Source of the DNA: Promethearchaeia archaeon
Lineage (GTDB): Archaea > Asgardarchaeota > Lokiarchaeia > Sigyniarchaeales > SOKP01
Assembly (NCBI GenBank): GCA_029856125.1
Contig: JAHQWJ010000120.1
Location: 160,001 to 224,000, forward strand
Length of the DNA: 64,000 bases
Direction: 5' to 3'
Position numbers and translations under genes: made by a program. Each line of letters opens with the position of its first letter. Positions within the stretch are counted from its first letter, which is position 1. The notes under the pieces were generated by a model. The model saw nothing but the letters and a program-made list of their open reading frames with translations, was not told the DNA's origin and ran no database searches. Shown here piece by piece: positions 10,221 through 18,474 of the stretch.

Positions 10221-11471
10221 ATGGCCCTTAATCCTTTTGAAATGGCAAAAAAGCAGATTGATATTGTAGCAGAAGAGATGGATTTAGATCCAAATATTCT
10301 TCCGTTTTTAAAAAGAATAGAACGTTCTTTAATAGTTTCTATTCCAATTATGATGGATGATGGTACTATAAAAATTTTTGAAGGTTATAGGGTTCATCAT
10401 TCAACAATCAGAGGCCCTGGGAAAGGTGGTTTACGATATTCTCTAGGTGTTAATCTTGACGAAGTTAAAGCTTTAGCAATATGGATGACATGGAAAACGA
10501 GTCTTTTAAACTTGCCTTTAGGGGGCGCTAAAGGTGGTGTATGCGTTGATCCTTTTAAACTGTCAAAAAATGAGTTAGAACGTCTTACAAGAAGGTTTAC
10601 TGCTGAAATTATTAATATCATAGGACCAGATATTGATATTCCAGCTCCAGATGTAAATACTAACCCACAAATTATGGCTTGGATAATGGATACATATAGC
10701 ATGCAAAAAGGACGAACAATTACTGGCGTTGTAACTGGAAAACCAGTTGAAATTGGCGGTTCTGTTGGCAGAGCAAATGCTACTGGAATGGGCTTGTATT
10801 TTGTACTCCAAGCTATGGTTGAAAAACTAAGCTTAGACTTAAAGTCCTTGAAGATTGTAATTCAAGGATTTGGTAATGTAGGAGGTTCGATTGCCGATCT
10901 ACTTTATAAACACGGATGTAAAGTTATTGCCCTCTCAGATATATCAACGGGTATTTACTACGAAGATGGATTAGATATAGAAAAATTATTAGCATGGGCT
11001 AAACAAGGTAATTTATTAAAAGATTATAAAAACGATAAGTATAAGCTTATTGATAATGACGAGTTACTTACATTAAAATGTGATGTATTAATCCCTGCAG
11101 CTATAGAAAATCAAATAACTGAAAAGAATGCGGAGAAAATAGACTGTAAAATCGTTTTGGAGGGTGCAAATGGTCCTACAACACCAGAAGCAGATAAAAT
11201 TTTGAATAAGAAGGAAATTTATGTTGTACCCGACATTCTCGCCAATAGTGGTGGGGTTTGCGTCTCTTACTTCGAATATGTCCAAGATATTAATTCGTAT
11301 TTCTGGAAACTTGATCGTATTAATGAAGAGCTTAAAAGAATTATAATTGAAGCCTTTGAAGAAACATATAAAATATCAGAAGAGAAGCACATTTCTCTTA
11401 GAACTGCAGCTTACATCATCGCTGTGTCAAGAATTGCTAAAGCAATTGAGTTAAGAGGAATTTTCCCTTAA
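10221..11471 (+). CDS. gdhA: Glutamate dehydrogenase, copy 3
   Basis: GPGKGG, MTWK, GGAKGG, PAPDVNT, GRANATG, GFGNVG, EGANGP. Confidence 0.92.
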   Translation: MALNPFEMAKKQIDIVAEEMDLDPNILPFLKRIERSLIVSIPIMMDDGTIKIFEGYRVHHSTIRGPGKGGLRYSLGVNLDEVKALAIWMTWKTSLLNLPLGGAKGGVCVDPFKLSKNELERLTRRFTAEIINIIGPDIDIPAPDVNTNPQIMAWIMDTYSMQKGRTITGVVTGKPVEIGGSVGRANATGMGLYFVLQAMVEKLSLDLKSLKIVIQGFGNVGGSIADLLYKHGCKVIALSDISTGIYYEDGLDIEKLLAWAKQGNLLKDYKNDKYKLIDNDELLTLKCDVLIPAAIENQITEKNAEKIDCKIVLEGANGPTTPEADKILNKKEIYVVPDILANSGGVCVSYFEYVQDINSYFWKLDRINEELKRIIIEAFEETYKISEEKHISLRTAAYIIAVSRIAKAIELRGIFP

Positions 11472-11499
11472 ATTACTTTTTTTTAATTACATTTTCTTT

Positions 11500-12819
11500 T
11501 TACGAAGTAAAGGGAATTAGGATTAACAAATAAAGGCATGAAATTCCAATATGAATAAAAGCAAAAATCGCTCCTGTTTTTAACAACCTTTTAAAACCTA
11601 AGTTTTCAACCCCACTATCTTTAGCAACTTTAAGAGTCATCATATCTGCTGCTGCACCGCTAGGTAAGATGTTTCCGCCTATATTTATAGCAACGATAAA
11701 AGCAAATAATAGAGGTATTGCTGGAAATGTAAATTCCTCTATTAAAACTTCAATAATTGGTAAAAAAATCAATGCTATTGGCGTGTTTGCTATAAAACCA
11801 GAAAGCAGGCTAACAAGAATAAGAATTATAAATACCGTTAATATCGGACCAAATGCCTCGAAAGGAATCAACCCAATTATGTCTCTAAACCCCGCTTGCA
11901 ACATGCAATTAATAACGACATACATGGAAATGAAAAAGAATATTATTTCCCATTCTACGTCCTTTAAGATTTTTCCCATTGGTTTCTTAGTATACTTTCT
12001 ATTAACTAAAACTAGTATTACTGCTGAAAGTGCTGCTGTAAGATATAATAATGGTAAAGCGACAAATAATGTAATTGTAACGAGTATAGCAACGCTATTA
12101 AAGTAAAACATTGTTTTATTTTTGATCACAACATCTGTGCTTATTAGTTCTAACACGTACTCTCTCTGTTGCTCTTTAATTTTTGGCTCTTTTGAAAGCA
12201 TTAATTTATCTATTAAGAATATGGTTAAAAACAACAATGCAAAAGAGAAAACCCAGAAATACCGGAAAAAAAAGACTGTATCAAGACCAAACCAAGTAGA
12301 AATAATGATATTCTCCCCACTTGAGAAGGGCGTAATAATAGAACCTATATTAATACAAATCGTCATTCCTAATAAGTAAGTTCCCGCTCTTATTTTTAAA
12401 AAATGACAAAGGCGAACAACTACAGGTGCTAAAATAATAACCACGACTACGTCACTGATAACGGCTGCTAATAATGTAGTAATAACACAAATTAGATAAA
12501 AAAAATACCGTTGATTTCCTTTTGAGATTTTAAAAATTTTTACGGCTAAATATTCTAATACGTTTGAATCTTGAGCAATTTTAGATATAATACTCATACT
12601 CAATATAATTATTATTGCTTGCCATTCAATAGATAATACGAAATTATCAAACCAACTTTCAAAACTTAATGGTACCTCCAATACCAAACCAGTAACAAAC
12701 GCAGCTACGAACATGCATATGAGGGATATTGCTACGAAATCTACATCTTTTATAGAGTAACTTACAATAATTAATGCAAAGACAATAAAAACGAAAATAA
12801 GTAGAGGAAGATTAATCAT
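11500..12819 (-). CDS. ArsB/NhaD/SLC13-type ion transporter
   Basis: About 12 TM segments; NIGSIITPFSSGEN, SGFIANTP and NIGGNILPSGAAA motifs. Confidence 0.8.
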   Translation of the reverse strand: MINLPLLIFVFIVFALIIVSYSIKDVDFVAISLICMFVAAFVTGLVLEVPLSFESWFDNFVLSIEWQAIIIILSMSIISKIAQDSNVLEYLAVKIFKISKGNQRYFFYLICVITTLLAAVISDVVVVIILAPVVVRLCHFLKIRAGTYLLGMTICINIGSIITPFSSGENIIISTWFGLDTVFFFRYFWVFSFALLFLTIFLIDKLMLSKEPKIKEQQREYVLELISTDVVIKNKTMFYFNSVAILVTITLFVALPLLYLTAALSAVILVLVNRKYTKKPMGKILKDVEWEIIFFFISMYVVINCMLQAGFRDIIGLIPFEAFGPILTVFIILILVSLLSGFIANTPIALIFLPIIEVLIEEFTFPAIPLLFAFIVAINIGGNILPSGAAADMMTLKVAKDSGVENLGFKRLLKTGAIFAFIHIGISCLYLLILIPFTS

Positions 12820-12936
12820 TCTCTAAATTATGATGTTAGTTTTATATTAATATTGTTTAATAAAGTGTTTTTAATAAATCTAATTATAATACATTTTCAA
12901 GGTTTTTAGAATGCAAAAACTAATTCCTAGAAAAAA

Positions 12937-13785
12937 TTATTTAAATAGAAAAAGTTGTAGAAGAAATTTAAATAGGTTTAGTTCGCTTAATAATGTTAAG
13001 TTTGAAATTAGATATTCAAAAACATTCTCTTCAATAAAATAGTGTAAAGTTACAAAATAACCTTCTTCTTGCTTTATTTTATTTACAAGCCGAGTAATAA
13101 GATTGATTACTTGTTTTTCTACTACAATCATATCACAGTTTGCCGGATTTATGTTGATAATATTTATACCAGAAACGCGACTAAACGAGATTTTACTTAA
13201 TTCTGGATTATTTTGAACATATTGGTGATTCAGATAATTATTAAACATAGATTCGATCTGATCGTAAATGTTCTCTTTTTTCTCGGTTATAAAATGGCCT
13301 TCAATTACATTAACGAGTAAATTTAGAATCTGTTGGAAGACGCCTAATATATCAAAATATTCTGCAATCGTTGATATATTTTCAGCGGTTAACCACTGGG
13401 AGTAATACTCATCGATAGTGTCTTTGAATGGGCTGAAATGTTCAGTGTTTCCTTTCCATAAGCTTTTCCATTCGTCTCTATTATCAGAAACAAACTGTTC
13501 TATGAATGAATGCTTGATAATGTTAAGTCGGGCTTTTAACATGTTTGAACTGATGTTTTTTTCTGAAGTTGCAACAAATAATAAGTTTGCATCTTTTTCC
13601 TCTAAATATGACCATCTTAGGCCACCCATTTCGATGCTTTCTATCCCTTCTTTTAACTCGTAGGTCGTAAACTGGTTAAGAGCGGCTAATAAACCACTAA
13701 TAAGATCCTCATCTATTGGTAGATCCATATATGCCTTGTATAACAACGTAATACCGCTTTCTGAATCAAGAACCCAAATATTCAT
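12937..13785 (-). CDS. Longin-like N-terminal domain protein (Asgard type)
   Basis: NIWVLDSESGITLLYK...DEDLISGLLAALNQF...IESIEMGG...LLFVA, the beta-beta-alpha-beta-beta-beta-alpha pattern of longin domains. Confidence 0.6.
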   Translation of the reverse strand: MNIWVLDSESGITLLYKAYMDLPIDEDLISGLLAALNQFTTYELKEGIESIEMGGLRWSYLEEKDANLLFVATSEKNISSNMLKARLNIIKHSFIEQFVSDNRDEWKSLWKGNTEHFSPFKDTIDEYYSQWLTAENISTIAEYFDILGVFQQILNLLVNVIEGHFITEKKENIYDQIESMFNNYLNHQYVQNNPELSKISFSRVSGINIININPANCDMIVVEKQVINLITRLVNKIKQEEGYFVTLHYFIEENVFEYLISNLTLLSELNLFKFLLQLFLFK

Positions 13786-13870
13786 AATAAACCATGTTTT
13801 TAGAAATTACATTTAGATATATAAAAGCCCGCTTTAATAAATGATTATTTTTATATAAAATTTTTATTCA

Positions 13871-14365
13871 TCACAAAAAATCTTTCAAATCTTTGGCTTT
13901 GCAATACTTTTCAATATTCCTTAACATTTCAGAGATTTTATTTTGTAGAACTAATTCACTTACGCCGGCTATGCTACGTAAGACATCGCTACTCATCGTA
14001 AAAATTTCTACAAAAACCCCCACTTTTGATTTATTGGGAGATAGTGGTTTGATGCGTATTCTTCCTTCCAATTCTCGGATATCTTTATTATTTCTCACAT
14101 TAAATTCGATTAGATGTCCTTTACCTGGATCATGCCCCTTATCAGAAAGTATCAATTCTCCTTCCATTTCGATTGGAATTTTTATTAAGTCTACCTCATC
14201 GTATATTTTGGTATATAGTACATTTGGGGCAGTAAATTTTGCTTCCATTTTCTTGGAAGGGTTAATTTCTTCCCAAAATTCTGCTACATAGAGTGCTTTA
14301 AGGAGATCATTATCATTACAGTTATCTATTTCTAAAACTTTCGAGATTTTGGCCGTAATTTTCAC
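13871..14365 (-). CDS. Hypothetical protein, possible SRPBCC/START-like fold
   Basis: beta-alpha-alpha, multiple beta strands, long C-terminal helix; GTG start; tandem TGA TGA stop. Confidence 0.5.
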   Translation of the reverse strand: MKITAKISKVLEIDNCNDNDLLKALYVAEFWEEINPSKKMEAKFTAPNVLYTKIYDEVDLIKIPIEMEGELILSDKGHDPGKGHLIEFNVRNNKDIRELEGRIRIKPLSPNKSKVGVFVEIFTMSSDVLRSIAGVSELVLQNKISEMLRNIEKYCKAKDLKDFL

Positions 14366-14574
14366 CTTATTTTATATTGAGTATGATTTACTAATAAAAA
14401 TCGAAAGTTTTTAACTTTTTATGTTAATGAATACAAAAGTTAGAATGGTAGCCTCAGACTTCCTCTTGATTATTTCATCTTTTAGACATTAAATCATTTT
14501 TAGTTTGTCATCATTGGCTCTTGAGCAAATTTTTATAACTTAAAAAATCAGAATGATTTCAATTTTACTATAAT

Positions 14575-14775
14575 TTATTGGTCACGAAATAGCATGCTTT
14601 TACTTAGATTTCGTTCTTCTTTACAATTGGGACATATCCAAGTTGCATCGTTTTTCTTTATCGAATTTATGCACACATCACATACAAACGTGTCGCAAAT
14701 GCAGTAATAGCATCTATCTAGTATATTTTCACAGTTTTTTCCACATATGTAACAATTTGGAGGATTTTTAGACAT
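14575..14775 (-). CDS. Small C4C4 RING-type zinc finger protein
   Basis: C-x2-C-x13-C-x-C-x4-C-x2-C-x12-C-x2-C ending in CPNCK. Confidence 0.7.
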   Translation of the reverse strand: MSKNPPNCYICGKNCENILDRCYYCICDTFVCDVCINSIKKNDATWICPNCKEERNLSKSMLFRDQ

Positions 14776-14857
14776 ATTTATAGTACGATTTAAATTCTTT
14801 TATAATATGCATTATTATGTTTATTATTAATTAAATTTAACAACATTTCTGGACATA

Positions 14858-15043
14858 ATGGATAAACTTAGGTCACGAATTCAACTACTCTCCCTTCTGA
14901 TAATTTTTTTTATATATAGAGCGATTTCAGCCATAATTTACAATAATTTTCCAGAATTTACCCTTTGGTTGCTGATCTCTATAATTTACGCGATCTCTCT
15001 TATAGTTTTATATGTAGTTTTTAAACAGAGAGATAAGCTTTAA
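14858..15043 (+). CDS. Small two-TM membrane protein
   Basis: 61 aa, two hydrophobic helices, charged termini. Confidence 0.5.
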   Translation: MDKLRSRIQLLSLLIIFFIYRAISAIIYNNFPEFTLWLLISIIYAISLIVLYVVFKQRDKL

Positions 15044-15098
15044 ATTTATTCCTTGCGAGATTAAAAATAGGCGAATCTATATTTAGAGTCGTTTTGGT

Positions 15099-15368
15099 TC
15101 ATTTACTTTTTTTTTTAAAAATGTCAGGTATTAAACCTTCTATTCCTAAGCTTTTTAATACGCTATCCCTAACATCAACTTGTACTCTCATGTTTTGCAT
15201 TACTTTTAATGTATCTCCTAAAGTTTTTGAGAAAGTATCGCTCATTTCCTTAATAGTGTCTGACGTTAGTTTTAGAGATTCCCGTATTGCTAAGTTAGTT
15301 TCATGCAATTCAGCTGTTAACTTTTCCATTGTCTTTCTCATTTCAGAGAGTTCTTCTTTCAGTCCCAT
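15099..15368 (-). CDS. Small coiled-coil protein
   Basis: 89 aa with heptad-like LKEELSEMRKTMEKLTAELHETN. Confidence 0.6.
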   Translation of the reverse strand: MGLKEELSEMRKTMEKLTAELHETNLAIRESLKLTSDTIKEMSDTFSKTLGDTLKVMQNMRVQVDVRDSVLKSLGIEGLIPDIFKKKSK

Positions 15369-15535
15369 TTATACTCAAGATTACTAATTATTTTAATAAT
15401 CTTCTTAAAGTAGGTTTGATTTAAAGTTTTTTTTATCCGAGAGTCTATTTAGTAATATTATCAAATATAATCAACTAGTCTTTTAAGAATCTGTTATTAT
15501 ATAAAATCAATAATAAGAAGAAACTTGTGAATATA

Positions 15536-15682
15536 ATGTCGGAATGGAAAAACAGAGTTAAAAAGCCAGTTTCAAACGAGACTTACTGTACGGGCTGAAG
15601 TATGGTTGATGGTTTTATACAAATAATCAATTCATTAAAACAAAAACGTAAAGAAAAAAAAGCAAAAACAACAATAAAATAA
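15536..15682 (+). CDS. Candidate micro-selenoprotein 1 (48 aa, CxxU)
   Basis: MSEWKNRVKKPVSNETYCTG-U(TGA 15596-98)-SMVDGFIQIINSLKQKRKEKKAKTTIK-TAA; TATA-like TTATATAA about 32 nt upstream; conserved 3' element. Confidence 0.6.
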
Positions 15683-15686
15683 AAGA

Positions 15687-15749
15687 AATCTCATAGATTA
15701 AATCAAAAATATTAGGATTTCATCTAAAGTTCTGCAGGAACTCGAGATT
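15687..15749 (+). promoter_or_regulatory. Structured 3'-UTR element, copy 1 (candidate SECIS-like recoding signal)
   Basis: Closing helix AATCTC/GAGATT; stem TAGATtAAATC/GATTTcATCTA with loop AAAAATATTAG; hairpin AGTTCT-GCA-GGAACT. Confidence 0.6.
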
Positions 15750-15882
15750 CTACCAAAATTTTAGGTAAAGAAATTTTATGAACAACAATAATAGCCTTCT
15801 AGAACCTTATTTTTTATAAAACACACCCTTAATAGGCTTATTTTTTCTATTATACATAATAGTGTAATAGTGATTAAAACTT

Positions 15883-16023
15883 ATGTCTGAAGAAGAAAAC
15901 GAATTTGATTTCGGTTTTGATGATGATTGTTATCAAACCAGTTGATCTCTAATCAATATGTGGTATTTAAGAGCCTTAAAATTACGCAAAACTGAAGAAA
16001 AAAAACACAAACCTAAGAATTAA
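15883..16023 (+). CDS. Candidate micro-selenoprotein 2 (46 aa, CxxxxU)
   Basis: MSEEENEFDFGFDDDCYQTS-U(TGA 15943-45)-SLINMWYLRALKLRKTEEKKHKPKN-TAA; conserved 3' element. Confidence 0.55.
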
Positions 16024-16030
16024 ACAAATA

Positions 16031-16096
16031 AATCTCGATGGTCAAGTCGTTAAATGGTAGGATTTGATCAATAAGGTCCTCGCAAGGACTTGAGAT
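16031..16096 (+). promoter_or_regulatory. Structured 3'-UTR element, copy 2 (candidate SECIS-like recoding signal)
   Basis: Closing helix ATCTCG/TGAGAT; stem TGGTCAAGTC/GATTTGATCA with loop GTTAAATGGTAG; hairpin GGTCCT-CGCA-AGGACT; T8 run at 16105-16112. Confidence 0.6.
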
Positions 16097-16146
16097 AAAA
16101 CAACTTTTTTTTCTGAATTACCTCATTATTTTTATTTAAATAGACG

Positions 16147-17511
16147 TTAAACCGGTTTTTTAGCACCTTCTCCGACTTTCCGGTAAGTGAAGCCTTTGTC
16201 TTCAACAGTTTTTTTATCAAATATGTTTCTTCCATCTATAATAATTGGAGTATTTACTCTTTTTTTAAGATCATCCAAATCTATATCATAATATACAGAA
16301 TGATTCGTAGTAAAAAGCAAAACATCTGCTTTATCAACCGCTTCGTTGAAATCACTTGTAAGATCAGTTAGGCTATAATCTCGCTTTTTTACATAAGGAT
16401 CGTGTGCTACATAGACGATATTGTGTGAATGATATCGTGCTTTTAAGATTTTTACAATATTTTCCGTTGGGGTATTTCGCGTATCGTCAGTATTTGCCTT
16501 GTAAGACACCCCTAAAAGAGTAATTTTAATGTTGTCGACTAGCTGATGCGAATCTCTAAATACATTCTCCATCAACTCAATCATATGATATGGCATGTAA
16601 TCGTTTAGTTTTCTCGAGTCAGGAATTATTTTCATTTTCGATTCGTTAATTCTTTCGGTATATTTGTTAAAACCGTAGAGTAAGAGCCAAGGATCCTTCG
16701 TGAGACAATGACCTCCTACTCCTGAACCGGGATAATGCATCATTCTGTCATGACGGTGATTGATTAAAGTGATAATTTCGAATACATTTCTATTAAAATC
16801 CTCACACAATAAAGCCATTTCATTTGCAAATGCGATATTTACGTCCCTATATGCATTTTCTATGCATTTTGTTAGTTCTGCTGTAAGCGTGTCTGTTCCT
16901 TGTAGTTCTTTTTTAACCACCTTACCGTATAAAAATTTACCTTTTTCATTGGCTTCTTCGCATCCACCTCCTATTACGCGAGGAAAATCCGTAATATATT
17001 CAATTAATTTTCCTGGCATAACTCTTTCAAACGAAAACACTAGATAAAAATCAGAACCTCTTTGTAGTCCACTTTCTTCCTCCAATATTGATTGAACAAT
17101 GTTATCTGTTGTTCCAGGGGCAACCGTAGATTCAACTATTACTGTAGCTCCTTTTTTTATATGTTTGGCAATTTTTTTGGATACTTCTTTTAAAGACGCA
17201 TACCTTGGAACTTTTTCGTCATCAACAGGAGTTTGAACATCGATCAATATGAAATCAGCAGCGCTTACATCATCGTAATTATCAGTAACTTTGAATTTTC
17301 CTGCTTTTACCACTCTCTCTATTAGTTCATCTAAACCAGGTTCTTCTCCCTCGTAAGGATTCTTACCGTTATTAAGCCAGTCAATTTTCCATGCTGATCT
17401 GTGTGATCTCCTCTGAATTCCTGTAACATAGAAGTCATCAACGTCAGCTAAAAGTGCTGCCATAGGAATCCCAACATATCCCATTCCAATTACTACTATA
17501 TTTGTTGCCAT
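16147..17511 (-). CDS. Nucleotide-sugar dehydrogenase (UDP-Glc/GDP-Man/UDP-ManNAc family)
   Basis: GMGYVG, ESTVAPGTT, ENAYRDVNIAFANE, GVGGHCL, YKANTDDTR. Confidence 0.92.
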   Translation of the reverse strand: MATNIVVIGMGYVGIPMAALLADVDDFYVTGIQRRSHRSAWKIDWLNNGKNPYEGEEPGLDELIERVVKAGKFKVTDNYDDVSAADFILIDVQTPVDDEKVPRYASLKEVSKKIAKHIKKGATVIVESTVAPGTTDNIVQSILEEESGLQRGSDFYLVFSFERVMPGKLIEYITDFPRVIGGGCEEANEKGKFLYGKVVKKELQGTDTLTAELTKCIENAYRDVNIAFANEMALLCEDFNRNVFEIITLINHRHDRMMHYPGSGVGGHCLTKDPWLLLYGFNKYTERINESKMKIIPDSRKLNDYMPYHMIELMENVFRDSHQLVDNIKITLLGVSYKANTDDTRNTPTENIVKILKARYHSHNIVYVAHDPYVKKRDYSLTDLTSDFNEAVDKADVLLFTTNHSVYYDIDLDDLKKRVNTPIIIDGRNIFDKKTVEDKGFTYRKVGEGAKKPV

Positions 17512-17645
17512 TTTCTTAAATTAAAATTGATTTATATTTCTACATTAATGAATTAACAATGAAATAAATGGATCATAATTCAAAAAATTATAGATCAAAA
17601 AGTTAAAAGAAAAAAGAAAAGAAGTTAATTATTTGTTTTTTACAA

Positions 17646-18317
17646 TTACTTCGGCTTTTTCTTATAGGAACTACCTTTTACGGCCTTAAATATAAATGCC
17701 ATTATTGCCCCCGCAACAAAACCTCCCACGTGAGCAAAGTGAGCTGTTCCAGATAACTCAAACGAGAAAAATGCGTAGGTTAATTCAGCGATAAAATATG
17801 TAATAATAAAATAACTAGCAGTTACTTTACGCACTACTGTCCCCGTTGGAAGATAAAACTTATTGGAAGGGTAAAGTATCGCGTAAACAGCCATTAGACC
17901 AAAAATCGCTCCGGACGCTCCTAATGAAGGGATAAATTGAGCTATTGTGACTCCCCATACTGGAATAAAAACCGTGCTCCAAGCGTGAAGTAAAGTGGCA
18001 AATATACCAGAGGCAAAGTACGTTATCAAATAAAAGACATGCCCCATTGCGTGTTCGCAATTATCCGTAATAACCAGAAAAAACCACATATTCATAATAA
18101 TATGCATTATATCTCCGTGCATAAACATCGAAGTAAATATTGTCCACAGTTTCTCTCCTGCAAAGAATTCAGCAGGTACAAAAGCGTATTCAATGCGCAT
18201 ATTACCTGAAGGATCCATCATTTGCCACACAAAAACTGCTATGTTCGCAATCAAAATTATTACTGAGAAGTACTGCTTAAAAAAAGAAATTTTGTCGTCA
18301 GTTGCTTCTAAAACCAT
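17646..18317 (-). CDS. Rhomboid intramembrane serine protease
   Basis: TSMFMHGDIMHIIMNM, GASG, AHFAHVGG. Confidence 0.92.
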   Translation of the reverse strand: MVLEATDDKISFFKQYFSVIILIANIAVFVWQMMDPSGNMRIEYAFVPAEFFAGEKLWTIFTSMFMHGDIMHIIMNMWFFLVITDNCEHAMGHVFYLITYFASGIFATLLHAWSTVFIPVWGVTIAQFIPSLGASGAIFGLMAVYAILYPSNKFYLPTGTVVRKVTASYFIITYFIAELTYAFFSFELSGTAHFAHVGGFVAGAIMAFIFKAVKGSSYKKKPK

Positions 18318-18474
18318 TTTATATCATCTTTTATGTATAATTCGAATAATTATTTAATATAATAAATTGATTTAACGAGTTATTTAAGGCTTGCTAAAAT
18401 AATTAATAAATAAGTAGTAAAACTTTATTCACGGAAATTAAAAATTAAAATACTAATTAATGCTTATTTAAACT

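Noticed and set aside
13868-13873. Tandem TGA TGA after the SRPBCC-like ORF
   Set aside because: No redox motif or downstream structure; read-through would give AT-rich, promoter-like sequence
16037-16070. Fitting element copy 2 to a canonical eukaryotic SECIS (ATGG...AAA...TGAT)
   Set aside because: ATGA core is absent, those bases pair in a regular stem, and copy 1 lacks the motif
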